64,000 bases of DNA from Actinomycetes bacterium (GCA_024641245.1 JAHEDK010000002.1:167136-231135), one strand, 5' to 3'. Counted from the stretch's first letter, positions 19,878 through 30,264 are shown. The notes: generated from the letters alone by a model not told the origin. A program made the numbers and translations.

Positions 19878-21053
19878 ATGAATACCGATGTGAAGCGACT
19901 ACAGAAGATCGTCCGCGAGATCGCTCCGACCGCCATTGATCTCCGCAGGAAGATCCACGCCAATCCCGAACTGGGAAATGCAGAGCACGAAACGACGGCG
20001 CTGGTTGATGCGACACTGCGCGACGTCGGTATCCGGCCACGAGTCCGACTCGGGCACACCGGACTGACGGCTGATCTCGGAGAAGGAGGCACCCTGGTCG
20101 GGTTCCGTGCAGATCTCGACGCGTTGCCGATCACCGAGGCAACCGGCCTTTCGTTTGCCTCGACCAACCCCGGCGTGATGCACGCATGCGGACACGACGG
20201 CCACACCGCCATCGGCCTCGGCATTGCCCTCGCCTTGTCGGAGTACGGGAAGTTGCCGGGGCGAGTCCGATTCATATTCCAGCCTGCTGAGGAGATCTTC
20301 CCGGGTGGTGCCTTCGACATGGTGCGCGAGGGCGTGGTCGAAGATGTCTCTGCGCTGATTGCCTTTCACATGGATCCGACGCTGGCTGCCGGAAAGGTGG
20401 GCCTCAAGATTGGAGCCATCACGAGCTCGTCTGATCGCTTCGAGATCACGATCAGCGGACCGGGAGGTCACACAGCACGACCTCATGAAACGGTCGACGC
20501 CGTATATGCCGCCGGACGGGTGGTGACCGAACTGCCAACGCTCCTCAACCGGACGCTCGATGCCAGGACGCCGATGTCGCTCGTTTTCGGGACAATCCAC
20601 GGAGGCAAGGCCGACAACGTCATACCGACCAGCGTGACAATGACGGGAACGGTTCGCATCCTGGACAAGGGCACGTGGGATTCAATGCCGGATCGCGTGC
20701 AGACGCTTGTTCGGGAGATCGTGGCACCGGTCCACGCCACCGCAGATGTGCACTACCAACGGGGAATACCCCCGGTGATCAACGATGCCGGCGTGCTGTC
20801 CGAGGTCGAGTTCGCCATTCACGAGGTACTCGGGACCCAGGCTGTAGCGGCGACGCATGCCAGCCTCGGGGCGGAGGATTTCGCTCGCTTCCTCGACCTC
20901 GTGCCCGGAGCGTTGCTTCGCCTCGGTTCTGCGGGATACGACGGGAAGGTCGACCTGCACTCCGCCGCATTCGACATCAACGAAGACGCAATCGAGCACG
21001 GAATCCTGGTCGGCGCGGCGAGCCTGCTGCGATTGATGCAGTGCAAGTGGTAG
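19878..21053 (+). CDS. M20D family amidohydrolase (hippurate hydrolase / N-acyl-amino acid amidohydrolase-like)
   Basis: HACGHDGHTA metal-binding motif and overall M20 architecture. Confidence 0.8.
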   Translation: MNTDVKRLQKIVREIAPTAIDLRRKIHANPELGNAEHETTALVDATLRDVGIRPRVRLGHTGLTADLGEGGTLVGFRADLDALPITEATGLSFASTNPGVMHACGHDGHTAIGLGIALALSEYGKLPGRVRFIFQPAEEIFPGGAFDMVREGVVEDVSALIAFHMDPTLAAGKVGLKIGAITSSSDRFEITISGPGGHTARPHETVDAVYAAGRVVTELPTLLNRTLDARTPMSLVFGTIHGGKADNVIPTSVTMTGTVRILDKGTWDSMPDRVQTLVREIVAPVHATADVHYQRGIPPVINDAGVLSEVEFAIHEVLGTQAVAATHASLGAEDFARFLDLVPGALLRLGSAGYDGKVDLHSAAFDINEDAIEHGILVGAASLLRLMQCKW

Positions 21054-21170
21054 GGAATCGCGTCACCACTCGTTCATCGATTGCCATTGTCGTTTGGCGA
21101 CTGGGCCTGCCAAACCCCAGAACCCAGAACCTAGAACTCAGAACGGGCTCCAGGTACCAGGTACCAGATG

Positions 21171-22193
21171 TCAATCCGCCAGCTTGAACCCCTCCGCGGA
21201 TAGGGCATGGCTCAGAGCTTCCGCCTCGCCGGGGCGAACAGAAAGCGTCAAGACACCTCCGCCACCCTGCGGACCGTGGCGAAGTTGGAGGTCACGCACA
21301 TCAACGGAGCTGAGGGCAAGTGCGCGGCCGACCGCCGCCAGTTCACCGGGATGGTCTTCGAGAATCACCCGTACTGCCATGACCGGCGGGGCGAGTGTCC
21401 GGCGCAAATCCCTCGCTCGCTCCAGGAACTGCATCACGCTCGACTCCGACTCCACATCGTCTGCGATTTCGCCGAGGCGGAGCGCGAAACTCCGGAGTTC
21501 GGAAACAACCGCCGCTCGGTTCTCCCCCAACAACTCCGACCACAGCGCCGGATCTGACAACGCCACCCGCGTCAAGTCGCGGAAGCTACCGGCCGCTAGG
21601 GGAAGAGCCTCGGTATGGCGCTCGGCCTCACCGAGCAGGGTGGCGGCGAGGACCTGCGGGAGGTGACTGACGATCGCCACGGCTAGATCGTGATCGGCAG
21701 CAGACATGCGAACCGGGTTTGCACCCAGCGACACAACGAGGTTCTCCACCCGACTCAGATCGTCGGGGTCGGCGCCATCCTCGACAACGACCCAGCTCGC
21801 CCCACGAAACAAGGCACCCGAGGCGGCACCGGGACCCGATTGTTCGCGCCCGGCCATCGGGTGGGTGCCGACGAAATGATCGAGATGGTTCGCCGCCCGG
21901 CAGATCGGATCCTTCACACCGGCAACGTCGATCACCAGCCCATCCGTGGAGAGGTCGCCGATAGTGGCGATGACGGCGCGGGGTGGACCGGCCAGCACGA
22001 TCAAGGCCGCGCCCTGGATCGCGGCAACCGTCGATGGGGCGGAGGCATCGAGCGCGCCCGCCTCGAGGGCGGTGATGAGCGCTGAGTCGTCCGGGTCCCA
22101 GCCCGTCACATTCCATCCGGTCTGCCGCAGCGCCAGGCCGATTGATGCGCCGATCAAACCCGTTCCGACCACGGCTGCCGATCGAGCCGTCAC
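21171..22193 (-). CDS. tyrA: prephenate dehydrogenase TyrA with C-terminal ACT domain
   Basis: Rossmann motif VVGTGLIGASIG; C-terminal ACT-like segment; 4-nt overlap with upstream DAHP synthase gene. Confidence 0.8.
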   Translation of the reverse strand: MTARSAAVVGTGLIGASIGLALRQTGWNVTGWDPDDSALITALEAGALDASAPSTVAAIQGAALIVLAGPPRAVIATIGDLSTDGLVIDVAGVKDPICRAANHLDHFVGTHPMAGREQSGPGAASGALFRGASWVVVEDGADPDDLSRVENLVVSLGANPVRMSAADHDLAVAIVSHLPQVLAATLLGEAERHTEALPLAAGSFRDLTRVALSDPALWSELLGENRAAVVSELRSFALRLGEIADDVESESSVMQFLERARDLRRTLAPPVMAVRVILEDHPGELAAVGRALALSSVDVRDLQLRHGPQGGGGVLTLSVRPGEAEALSHALSAEGFKLAD

Positions 22194-23212
22194 CCCTGGA
22201 GACCGACCGCCGCAACAAGCTTGCGGATCGACACCATCAACTCGGCGAACTCCTCGGGCAGCAAGGCCTGGGCTCCATCGACTTTGGCGAGTTCCGGATC
22301 GGGATGAACATCCACCATGAACCCGTCGGCGCCGGCCGCCACCGCCACCCTCGAAAGTGGAGCGACGAGATAGCGATGACCGGCTGCGTGGGACGGATCG
22401 ACGATCACAGGGAGATGCGAAAGGCTCTTCAATATCGGCACCGCCGTGATGTCCAGCGTGTTGCGCGCCGCAGTCTCGAAGGTTCTGATTCCGCGCTCGA
22501 CCATGATGATCTCGTGATTGCCCTCTTTATAGATGTATTCGGCGGCGTTCAACCACTCCTCGATCGTGGCGGTGAACCCTCGCTTGAGCATCACCGGTCT
22601 GGCTTGCCGCCCTACCTCGGTGAGCAGCGTGTAATTGGCCATATTGCGGGTCCCAACCCGCAGAATGTCGGCATACGAGGACACCAGCTCGATGTCGCGC
22701 GGATCGAGTATCTCGGCGACGAACGGCATGTCGAATTCCTCGCGAGCTTCGGCCAGCATCTCGAGCCCGGCCTCGCCGAGACCCTGAAACGAGTACGGCG
22801 AAGTGCGGGGTTTGAACGCATCTCCGCGCAGGACCGTCGCCCCCGCCTTCTTCACGGCCTCGGCGGCCCTGAACAGGAGGTCGCGGCTCTCAACCGCACA
22901 CGGGCCCGCAATCGCCGTGAAGGTACCGCCCCCGATCGCAACGCCGCGCGTATCGATCACCGTGTCTTCCTCCTGGAAGTCACGGCTCACGAATTTGAAG
23001 GGTTTGAGAACGGGCACGGCTCGCTCGACACCCGGCATCGCCTCCCAGGGGAGCTGCTGGATGAGGACGCGATCACCGAGTGCTCCGATGACGGTCCTCA
23101 GTCGACCCTCAGAAATATGCGCCTGTGAGTCGATACTCTCCAAACGCTCCACTACGTGGGCGATGTCGGCAGGGGTCGCGTCTTTCTTCATGACGATGAT
23201 CATGGCGCTCAT
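22190..23212 (-). CDS. 3-deoxy-7-phosphoheptulonate (DAHP) synthase, type I-beta with N-terminal regulatory domain
   Basis: AroF/KDSR fold motifs (IAGPCAVES..., VDPSHAAG) with ~80-aa N-terminal ferredoxin-like extension. Confidence 0.85.
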   Translation of the reverse strand: MSAMIIVMKKDATPADIAHVVERLESIDSQAHISEGRLRTVIGALGDRVLIQQLPWEAMPGVERAVPVLKPFKFVSRDFQEEDTVIDTRGVAIGGGTFTAIAGPCAVESRDLLFRAAEAVKKAGATVLRGDAFKPRTSPYSFQGLGEAGLEMLAEAREEFDMPFVAEILDPRDIELVSSYADILRVGTRNMANYTLLTEVGRQARPVMLKRGFTATIEEWLNAAEYIYKEGNHEIIMVERGIRTFETAARNTLDITAVPILKSLSHLPVIVDPSHAAGHRYLVAPLSRVAVAAGADGFMVDVHPDPELAKVDGAQALLPEEFAELMVSIRKLVAAVGLQG

Positions 23213-23532
23213 TGTCGCAGCGTTTCATCACCTGCGGGATCGCCGAACCCGCTGTCGGCCAGTGCAAGTGCGCGTATAGTCGCTCCGTGCGGCATCGCGG
23301 CCCGGAGCCCCTCGGCCACTTCATCGACAACGCGTGGATCCCACAGGCTGAACAACACAGCTCCGGTTTCATCACCACCAAACAATGCCAGCCTGCATTG
23401 CGGATCTTCGACGAACTCGTCGGTCAACTCCTGCAGCCAATCGGCCGGCAGATCGGGAGGTGACTCGAGAAGGAGCGCTCGCATCTGCGGCATGGTAACG
23501 ACCGAATGAACCCGTCGTCCGGACACGTACAC
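23209..23532 (-). CDS. hypothetical protein
   Basis: 107-aa ORF overlapping the DAHP synthase start by 4 nt; no recognisable motif. Confidence 0.35.
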   Translation of the reverse strand: MYVSGRRVHSVVTMPQMRALLLESPPDLPADWLQELTDEFVEDPQCRLALFGGDETGAVLFSLWDPRVVDEVAEGLRAAMPHGATIRALALADSGFGDPAGDETLRQ

Positions 23533-23540
23533 TTGAGCGC

Positions 23541-24488
23541 ATGAGGCGGATCATGGTGACGGGAGCGGCGACGTGGACGGGCGGCCGCCTCATTCAGAGA
23601 CTCGAGGGTCAACCCGACGTCGAGGTCATCGCAGTCGACGAGTTGCGCCCGAGCGTCGAGTTCAGCTCGCCGATGCACGAACTGGCCATCGACGAACTCG
23701 AGTTCGCTCACTTCTTCCTGGACGCCCGGCCACATGCGTTGGTCCATCTGCAAGCCGTCGATCGGGCGGCGATCCTCGGGCGAGAGAAATCGCACAGCCG
23801 CGTCGTGATGGGTGCACATGGATTGTTCGGCGCCCTGCAGCGATGCACAACGGTCGAGACGGTAGTCATGAAGTCTGATTCCGCGTTCTACGGATCGGGA
23901 CCACGGCAACCCTCCATCCTGACCGAATCAACCGAACCGAGGCGCACAGCCAGCGCCCACACCAGAAGTATCCGCGACATCGAGGAGCTCCTCGCCGAGG
24001 TAGCCGGCGACCTTCCCGCGGTGACCTTCACGACTCTGCGCATCGCCCCCATCATCGGAGCGGAGATCGGGAACCCGATCAGCCGATACCTCCAACTGCC
24101 CGTCGTTCCAACCCTCCTGGGATACGACCCGCGGATGCAGGTCATCTTCGAAGAGGACGCAGTCTCAGCCCTCTTGCATGCTGTGGCCCGGCCGGTTTCC
24201 GGGACCTTCAATATCGCCGCCGATGGTCAGCTGTACCTCAGCCGGATCCTCAGATTGGGCCGCCGCCTCGCCCAACCGCTTCCCGCCCCGCAGCATCGGG
24301 CAACCATGCGGGCACTGCGAGCACTCGGCAACCCATTCCCCGGCAATCTCGAGGACTACCTTCGAAACGGCCGCGTCATGGACACGACGCTGATGAAAGA
24401 ATCGTTCGGGTGGAAACCAAAGCTCACCGCCCGTCAAGCCGTCCTGGCCTCCTATGGGCGCGTCCGCAGTCCCGGGACATCGTCGTGA
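23541..24488 (+). CDS. NAD-dependent epimerase/dehydratase family protein
   Basis: N-terminal VTGAATWTGGRL Rossmann motif; SDR-extended architecture. Confidence 0.7.
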   Translation: MRRIMVTGAATWTGGRLIQRLEGQPDVEVIAVDELRPSVEFSSPMHELAIDELEFAHFFLDARPHALVHLQAVDRAAILGREKSHSRVVMGAHGLFGALQRCTTVETVVMKSDSAFYGSGPRQPSILTESTEPRRTASAHTRSIRDIEELLAEVAGDLPAVTFTTLRIAPIIGAEIGNPISRYLQLPVVPTLLGYDPRMQVIFEEDAVSALLHAVARPVSGTFNIAADGQLYLSRILRLGRRLAQPLPAPQHRATMRALRALGNPFPGNLEDYLRNGRVMDTTLMKESFGWKPKLTARQAVLASYGRVRSPGTSS

Positions 24489-25684
24489 GCGACTCAATCT
24501 CCGGTCTGCTAGGACGTTTGAGCCGGGACGAACTCAGGGCATTCGCTCGCGCCGCCGATATTCGCGGGCGCTCAACGATGACGAAGGAACAGCTCATTGC
24601 TGCACTGCAACTGGCCCTGCAGCCCCCACCCGAGGAATCCGAGAGAGTGCGAGCTTCGATGCCGTCACTGCCGGATCTGTCCGAAGCGCGCCGCCGCCGG
24701 ATTTCCGCCGGCCGTCGGTTCGAGTGGATGGTTGACAGGCGCAGATCGTGCACGCTGCGGACTATCGAGGGCTTCTCCTGCGGCCTTCCTGCCATTGCCG
24801 AACACGAGCGCTGCGCACTCCATGGGGGGATCGACATCTCCGACCTGGCGGTGCCGGCCGCCGGCCATCTCGGGGCAGACACCTGGCCCGCCCTAATCCG
24901 CCATCTCCTGCTTGCTTCGTACGACAACGATGCCCTCGGGCTCGACCCCGTCGTATCGGAGATGATCTGGCACATTGCCAACTTCCTCTACTTCGAGTAC
25001 TTCAGGGTGGAGGTCGAGGGAATCGAGAACGTGCCGGCAAAGGGGGCAGGCGTCCTGGTGAGCAACCATGCCGGCGCCTTCATCCCCTACGACGGGATGA
25101 TGCTGCAACTCGCCGTCGTCAACGAGGCCGAACTCCCCAGGCGGGTCCGCGTGGTCGGGACCGAGATCCTCAACCTCGTTCCCTTCCTCTCGCACCTCTA
25201 CCGGAAGGCCGGGGCGGCCTTTGCCAGCAAAGAGGACGCTCGCTGGGTACTCAATCACGGCTACCTGCTCGGTGCCTTTCCTGAGGGCGTTCCGGCCTTC
25301 CAGAAACCGCACGCCGAGGCATACCAACTCCGCAGGTTCGGCCGGGGAGGGTTCGCCGCGCTCGCTATCGAGGCCGGAGCTCCGATCATCCCGGTCGCCA
25401 TCGTCGGATCTGAAGACGTCCATCCGGCGCTCTTCAGCTCTCGTCGCCTGGCTCAGTTGTTCAAGCTGTTCTTCCCGCAGCAGCGGGTCGAGGAGATCGG
25501 TGTATTCCTCAACCCGATTCCTCTGCCCGTCAAGTGGCGAATCAGATTTCTCGAGCCCATCGAGATGCCAGGACCCGGCGTCCCGACCGATCGGCTCACA
25601 GTCCTCGAAATCGCCGAGCAGACTCGCGAGGTCATTCAGCTTGCCCTCGACGACATGCTGGAAGACCGCGGTTCGGTCTTCTGA
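24485..25684 (+). CDS. lysophospholipid acyltransferase (PlsC family) with N-terminal Rho_N/SAP-like domain
   Basis: GTG start overlapping the upstream stop (GTGA); acyltransferase motifs VSNHAG...FPEG...IPVAIVG. Confidence 0.75.
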   Translation: MSDSISGLLGRLSRDELRAFARAADIRGRSTMTKEQLIAALQLALQPPPEESERVRASMPSLPDLSEARRRRISAGRRFEWMVDRRRSCTLRTIEGFSCGLPAIAEHERCALHGGIDISDLAVPAAGHLGADTWPALIRHLLLASYDNDALGLDPVVSEMIWHIANFLYFEYFRVEVEGIENVPAKGAGVLVSNHAGAFIPYDGMMLQLAVVNEAELPRRVRVVGTEILNLVPFLSHLYRKAGAAFASKEDARWVLNHGYLLGAFPEGVPAFQKPHAEAYQLRRFGRGGFAALAIEAGAPIIPVAIVGSEDVHPALFSSRRLAQLFKLFFPQQRVEEIGVFLNPIPLPVKWRIRFLEPIEMPGPGVPTDRLTVLEIAEQTREVIQLALDDMLEDRGSVF

Positions 25685-25771
25685 ACCGGTTCGGGAGCAG
25701 CTCACGGCCTTAGTCGGGTCGCTGTACGGGCGCCGCTTGCAATAGTTAGCAGCCTGCGTTATATTGCTAAT

Positions 25772-26155
25772 GTGAGTGATAAACAGGAAGAGAGCTCGGG
25801 AATAGCCGAACTCGGGACGTTCATCCGCCAGCAACGCGAACGTTCCAAGATGTCACTTCGAAGACTGGCCGACCGGGCGGGGATTTCGAATCCTTACCTC
25901 AGCCAGATCGAACGAGGGTTACGGAAACCATCGGCCGAAATCCTGAAATCACTCGCACGGGAGTTGTCGATACAGGCGGAATCGATGTACGTGAGGGCAG
26001 GATTGCTCGACGAAGGCTTCTCACCCCCGACGGTTGTCGAGGCGGTCGAGGCAGACCCGACATTGAGCACCCGTCACAAACAAGTATTGCTCGAGCTCTA
26101 CCGGACTCTCATCGAGGTCGGTGGGGTCGAGCCGGACAATAAGGAGACACCATGA
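25772..26155 (+). CDS. XRE-family helix-turn-helix transcriptional regulator
   Basis: HTH_3 motif (MSLRRLADRAGISNPYLSQIERG). Confidence 0.7.
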   Translation: MSDKQEESSGIAELGTFIRQQRERSKMSLRRLADRAGISNPYLSQIERGLRKPSAEILKSLARELSIQAESMYVRAGLLDEGFSPPTVVEAVEADPTLSTRHKQVLLELYRTLIEVGGVEPDNKETP

Positions 26156-26712
26156 TCGAAACGAAGAAGGCGTTCTACGCCGCCGTCGGCGCCCCGCTGG
26201 TCGGTTTGAAGCGGACCGGTGATGCACTGAAGGAACTCTCAGACAAGCTGACCGAGCGGTTTGGTGACGTGAGCGAGAAGCTCACCGACGATGCTCGCAA
26301 GGAGTTCGACCTCTGGGCCGACGAAGGCGAGAAACTCATCGGCAAGATCTCCGAGCAGAAGGTCGTTGAAGACCTGAGTGCCCGGGTCGATCTCGACGAG
26401 ATCCAGGAACGCGTCGGAAAGCTGCGGGACCAACTCGAGGACATCCTCACCTCGTGGCGCGAATCGTTCTCACCGAGCGAGACGATCGAGAAGCCGGTGG
26501 TCGAGGTCGAGAAGAAGCCGGTTGCCAAGAAGCCGGCGGCCAAGACCGCGGCGGCGAGAAAGCCGGCCGCCAAGACGGCTCCGACCAGGAAACCTGCTGC
26601 CAAGAAGGCTCCCGCGTCGAAACCCGCCGCCAAAAAGCCCGTAGCCAAGGCAACCACAGCCAAGAAGCCCGTAGCCAAGAAGCCGGCCGCCAAGGCAACC
26701 GCAGCCAAGTAG
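26152..26712 (+). CDS. heparin-binding-haemagglutinin (HbhA)-like / histone-like lysine-rich protein
   Basis: N-terminal coiled-coil resembling mycobacterial HbhA (MIETKKAFYAAVGAPLVGL...), C-terminal (K)KPAAK repeats; start overlaps XRE stop (ATGA). Confidence 0.6.
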   Translation: MIETKKAFYAAVGAPLVGLKRTGDALKELSDKLTERFGDVSEKLTDDARKEFDLWADEGEKLIGKISEQKVVEDLSARVDLDEIQERVGKLRDQLEDILTSWRESFSPSETIEKPVVEVEKKPVAKKPAAKTAAARKPAAKTAPTRKPAAKKAPASKPAAKKPVAKATTAKKPVAKKPAAKATAAK

Positions 26713-26817
26713 CGGATCGTCCCGGCATGAACGTTGTTGAGGGCCCCTCGGGGCCCTCAACTCGAAGAGAGTGTGCCGTCGATGCACGGCCGGTGCCAGA
26801 CGGGCACCGGCCCGTTT

Positions 26818-27222
26818 CTAATGCTTGACCAGAGGATCGAGGTCTTTGGCGAACTCGATCCAGCGTGAGACCATCGATTCGGTGGGAAGCCGCCGGACGA
26901 GCTTCTTCTTCTCGTTGATCTCGACCATCTTGTTCGTGAGAGAGGTCGCATTCCGGCGGCGGAGTTCCTTGATCGTGTCGACACCAGCAGCCTCGAGCAG
27001 ATCGGAGTACTCGCCGCCGATTCCTTTGCATCTCATCAAGTCGGCGCGGTTGACCCATTCGAGGATCTGCTTCTCGGTGAATCCGGTGGCGGCGGCCAAC
27101 GCTTTGCGACCATTGCGATCGGCGGCTCGCTTCATGAGCGCTTCGGTCGTTCGTATCCCGTTCTTCCTCAGCTTCGTAGCAGTGCGTTGCGCGATCCCCT
27201 CAACGGCGTCGATTGACGGCAC
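26818..27222 (-). CDS. DUF4332 domain protein
   Basis: Helix-hairpin-helix-like repeats (IDAVEGIAQRTATKLRKNGIRTTEAL / LMRCKGIGGEYSDLLEAAGVDTIKEL). Confidence 0.6.
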   Translation of the reverse strand: MPSIDAVEGIAQRTATKLRKNGIRTTEALMKRAADRNGRKALAAATGFTEKQILEWVNRADLMRCKGIGGEYSDLLEAAGVDTIKELRRRNATSLTNKMVEINEKKKLVRRLPTESMVSRWIEFAKDLDPLVKH

Positions 27223-27315
27223 TCCCGCTCCTTTCCCGGTGACTCATCGAGATAGCTCCTCGCCTCGCCGAGGCCTCTTCTCGCCGGCCAGCCTACCGAA
27301 TTCGCCAACCACCCG

Positions 27316-27906
27316 TCAGCTGCGTGGTTGGAGTTCGGCGACGTCGTCCGGCGTGTCGACGTCGCGTGGTGGCATGTGCTCGACCCATACCTCACGTACC
27401 CATTCCGGGTGGGCCTGCAAGAGCCGCTGCGCTCCGGTGTCGCCTTCGAGGCTCATCAGCCGGGTCCAAAGTGAGCGGTCGACGATGACCGGGTTCGACC
27501 ACGTGTACCGGTACCTGGGGACAACGGCCGGCCGTTTCTCTCGTTTGACCACGGTGAGCATCTCAGCGACAACGTCTGCACGAATATCGGGCTGGTCGCC
27601 CATCACGAGCAAGACCTTGTCGGCTCGCGAATCCCTCGTCAGGGAGTCCAGACCCACTCGAAGCGACGAGGCGATGCCTTCCTCGTACTCATCGTTGATC
27701 ACCACGGAAGAATCGCCGAAGGCTACACCATCGAGCACAGCCTCAGCTTCGTGACCGATCACAACCCAGATCTCATCGATTCCAAACGATCGCGTACGCT
27801 CTATAACATGCCCGAGCAACGTTCCCTCTCCCCATGGAAGCAGTTGCTTGGGCGACCCCAGACGGGTGGAGGAGCCTGCGGCGAGAATGAGCGCGGCGAC
27901 CGACAT
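27316..27906 (-). CDS. MobA-like NTP transferase (molybdenum cofactor cytidylyl/guanylyltransferase family)
   Basis: LILAAGSSTRLGSPKQLL motif; start moved to internal ATG (MSVAAL). Confidence 0.7.
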   Translation of the reverse strand: MSVAALILAAGSSTRLGSPKQLLPWGEGTLLGHVIERTRSFGIDEIWVVIGHEAEAVLDGVAFGDSSVVINDEYEEGIASSLRVGLDSLTRDSRADKVLLVMGDQPDIRADVVAEMLTVVKREKRPAVVPRYRYTWSNPVIVDRSLWTRLMSLEGDTGAQRLLQAHPEWVREVWVEHMPPRDVDTPDDVAELQPRS

Positions 27907-27961
27907 CGAATCCCTTCGGTGTGACGAGGCACCACTATACGGCCGGCGCAACCACCCGGAA

Positions 27962-29014
27962 TCAGTCGGCGGATGGCAGGCTCGACGACCTGCCCGTGCC
28001 GGTGGCGTGCCGGACGAGGACCATCTCCGCCAGAATCTCCACCGCCGTTTCGCGGGCACCATTGGCTCCGAGGTCGAGTCCGATCGGCCCGTGAATCCTT
28101 TCCAGCGCAGATGGTGGTACTCCAGCCCCGGCTAAACGTTCCAGTCGCTTGGCGTGCGTTTTGCGGCTGCCCATCGCGCCCAGATATCGAACATCTCTGG
28201 CAAGCGCAGCCTGGACCACCGGATCTTCGTACCGGGGATCGTGCGACAGTACAACCACGAAGGTGCGCTCATCAAGGGCCAGCCGGTCCACGACTTCCTC
28301 GGGCCAGGCGGTGATGACTTCCCGAGCATCAGGAAACCGATCTGGAGTTGTGAACGCCGACCGCGGATCGCACACGGTCACGGAGAAACCGGCGCAAGCC
28401 GCCAGCGCACTCAGAGTCTGGCCGATTTCAACGGCACCGAAGATCACCAACCTCGGCGGCGGAGCAACGGGTTCGACGAACACTTCACTTCCGGCCACCG
28501 AGGTGATCGTGGGATGCTCGGTGTCCATCACGAGCCGGACCAAGGGCAGGATCGCCTCCACCACCTCCTCGGAGAGGTCCGTCGCGATCAGACCGAGTTC
28601 GTGATCGAAAATACCCCGCGTTCCTGCGCTCGGCCCGTCGACGACGGAGGCGAGCGACCCGGACCGCTGAGAAGCAACGTATTTCCCGACCTCGTCGATC
28701 CGAAACCGATCTATGAACACATCGATGACGCCGCCACAGGACAACCCGACCTCGAATGCAGCCTCATCCGATATGCCGTAGCCGACGAGCTTGCTTTGGC
28801 CGCTCTCGAGCACCTGCTGAGCATGTAGGAACACGTCGTTCTCGACGCATCCGCCCGAGACGGAGCCCTCCATGTCACCGGCCGACGACACCAGGAATCT
28901 GCTGCCGAGCGGTCGGGGCGCCGGACCCTGAACGCGAACGAGGGTGGCGGCCGCGACGGCCTTCCCTTCGGCCTCCCACCGCCGGGCCACCTCGACGCTC
29001 CGTACGAGGTCCAC
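27962..29014 (-). CDS. XdhC/CoxI family molybdoenzyme maturation protein
   Basis: XdhC_CoxI N-domain (SSAGDMEGSVSGGCVE) and Rossmann-like C-domain; start placed at internal GTG (29014) to avoid a 90-nt overlap with the M15 peptidase gene. Confidence 0.7.
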   Translation of the reverse strand: MDLVRSVEVARRWEAEGKAVAAATLVRVQGPAPRPLGSRFLVSSAGDMEGSVSGGCVENDVFLHAQQVLESGQSKLVGYGISDEAAFEVGLSCGGVIDVFIDRFRIDEVGKYVASQRSGSLASVVDGPSAGTRGIFDHELGLIATDLSEEVVEAILPLVRLVMDTEHPTITSVAGSEVFVEPVAPPPRLVIFGAVEIGQTLSALAACAGFSVTVCDPRSAFTTPDRFPDAREVITAWPEEVVDRLALDERTFVVVLSHDPRYEDPVVQAALARDVRYLGAMGSRKTHAKRLERLAGAGVPPSALERIHGPIGLDLGANGARETAVEILAEMVLVRHATGTGRSSSLPSAD

Positions 29015-29019
29015 CCGGA

Positions 29020-30225
29020 TCAGCCCTCGAGGAGATGATCGGGGACGTGGTTCCACTCGAAATGACCGCCGTCCGTGTAGGTCCAACCGCCACCCCAGGC
29101 AAAACCCCATTTCTGAAAGATGGCGGCGATATCAGGATCCATACCGATCCGGCCCCCATATGGGTTGTCACTCGGATTGATGTCGATGGCTATGCCCCAC
29201 GTGTGGCGGGAGACGGCGCCCCCTTTGTCCCCCCCACGGATCAGGCGCGGGTTGAAGCAACCGCCGGCGATCTGGAAATCCTGCCGATCGATGTGCGCCC
29301 ACAGGCCTTCATTGATGAGCTCATCGATAGCGGAGCGCAGATAGGGGACGACGACACGATGGCAGCGGAACGGCCCGAGTAGCGGGAGGGTGACGTTGAC
29401 GATGTTCTCGTCTTTCCATGTCTGGTCAATCACGACCCGATCGCCGTCGCCGGTGGGTCGGTAGGAGAACTCACCGAACTTCTCTTTGACGAGCACCGTC
29501 GGCATGACCCCGTCTGGGTCGGCCGGATCATCGCGACTTGAAATCCTCAGCCTGATGTCGGGAAGGCGTGTCCAGAGATCGATCACGATTTCGTCCTGAG
29601 CGCGAAATCCCCATACCGCCATCGACGACTTGCGCTCGAATCCAAAGGACGCCGCAACGGCCTCTGAGAAGACGAGTTCGCTCCACCAGACGGCCTCGTC
29701 CGGGGCGATGGCGCCTACGACCAATCGCTGCCTCGAGCCGTCCCATCCGACGAACTCGACATCGTCGCCGACCTGTGCACCGCGCAGATTCGCCGACGTC
29801 TCCCCGAATACGAGGGTGCCCGCGCGCAGCGCGGCGGCGACGTCACCTCCGATCAGCGGCGCAGCACGGCCCGGGTCGACCGCCAGCGAGGACATGGGGA
29901 TGAAGTAGCCGGGATCGGGCTCCTGTACGACAACTCCGGCGCGATAGACGCCGGTGAGCTGAATCGTCCCACGATGGAGCGCAACAGATCGAGCACCGTG
30001 CTCCGCTGCCACGCCGACGACAGCCAGTTCGGCTTCTGTTGACAGTCCCCCCGGCTCAGTTACACCGATCACCGCGGATCCCAGGGTCCCGCTGGCGGCG
30101 ACCGCGGGAGCCAGCGGTAGACCGAGAACCATCGCCAGCACCATGGCCACGGAAATCGTCGCACGTAAGTGGATGCCCACCGGACGGGCGAAAGCAGCCG
30201 CCCCGGCTGAAGTCCCGAGTTTCAC
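29020..30225 (-). CDS. secreted peptidase M15 family protein (VanY / D-Ala-D-Ala carboxypeptidase-like C-terminal domain)
   Basis: Signal/TM at N-terminus; C-terminal HTWGIAIDIN...GGHFEW metal-binding motifs. Confidence 0.7.
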   Translation of the reverse strand: MKLGTSAGAAAFARPVGIHLRATISVAMVLAMVLGLPLAPAVAASGTLGSAVIGVTEPGGLSTEAELAVVGVAAEHGARSVALHRGTIQLTGVYRAGVVVQEPDPGYFIPMSSLAVDPGRAAPLIGGDVAAALRAGTLVFGETSANLRGAQVGDDVEFVGWDGSRQRLVVGAIAPDEAVWWSELVFSEAVAASFGFERKSSMAVWGFRAQDEIVIDLWTRLPDIRLRISSRDDPADPDGVMPTVLVKEKFGEFSYRPTGDGDRVVIDQTWKDENIVNVTLPLLGPFRCHRVVVPYLRSAIDELINEGLWAHIDRQDFQIAGGCFNPRLIRGGDKGGAVSRHTWGIAIDINPSDNPYGGRIGMDPDIAAIFQKWGFAWGGGWTYTDGGHFEWNHVPDHLLEG

Positions 30226-30264
30226 AAGGCCAGCGTACCCTCCACCAAGTCGACAAGAACTGTT

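Noticed and set aside
21095-21170. CAGAAC hexanucleotide micro-repeats (cagaacccagaacctagaactcagaac) and caggtaccaggtaccag between convergent M20 and tyrA genes
   Set aside because: This is a short low-complexity tract in a convergent terminator region. There is no coding potential or conserved structure discernible, so it is noted only as a simple sequence repeat.
26175-26708. 177-aa minus-strand ORF with AAGFLA repeats
   Set aside because: It is the antisense image of the KPAAK-repeat region of the HbhA-like gene. The sense strand gives a recognisable lysine-rich protein with coupled start.
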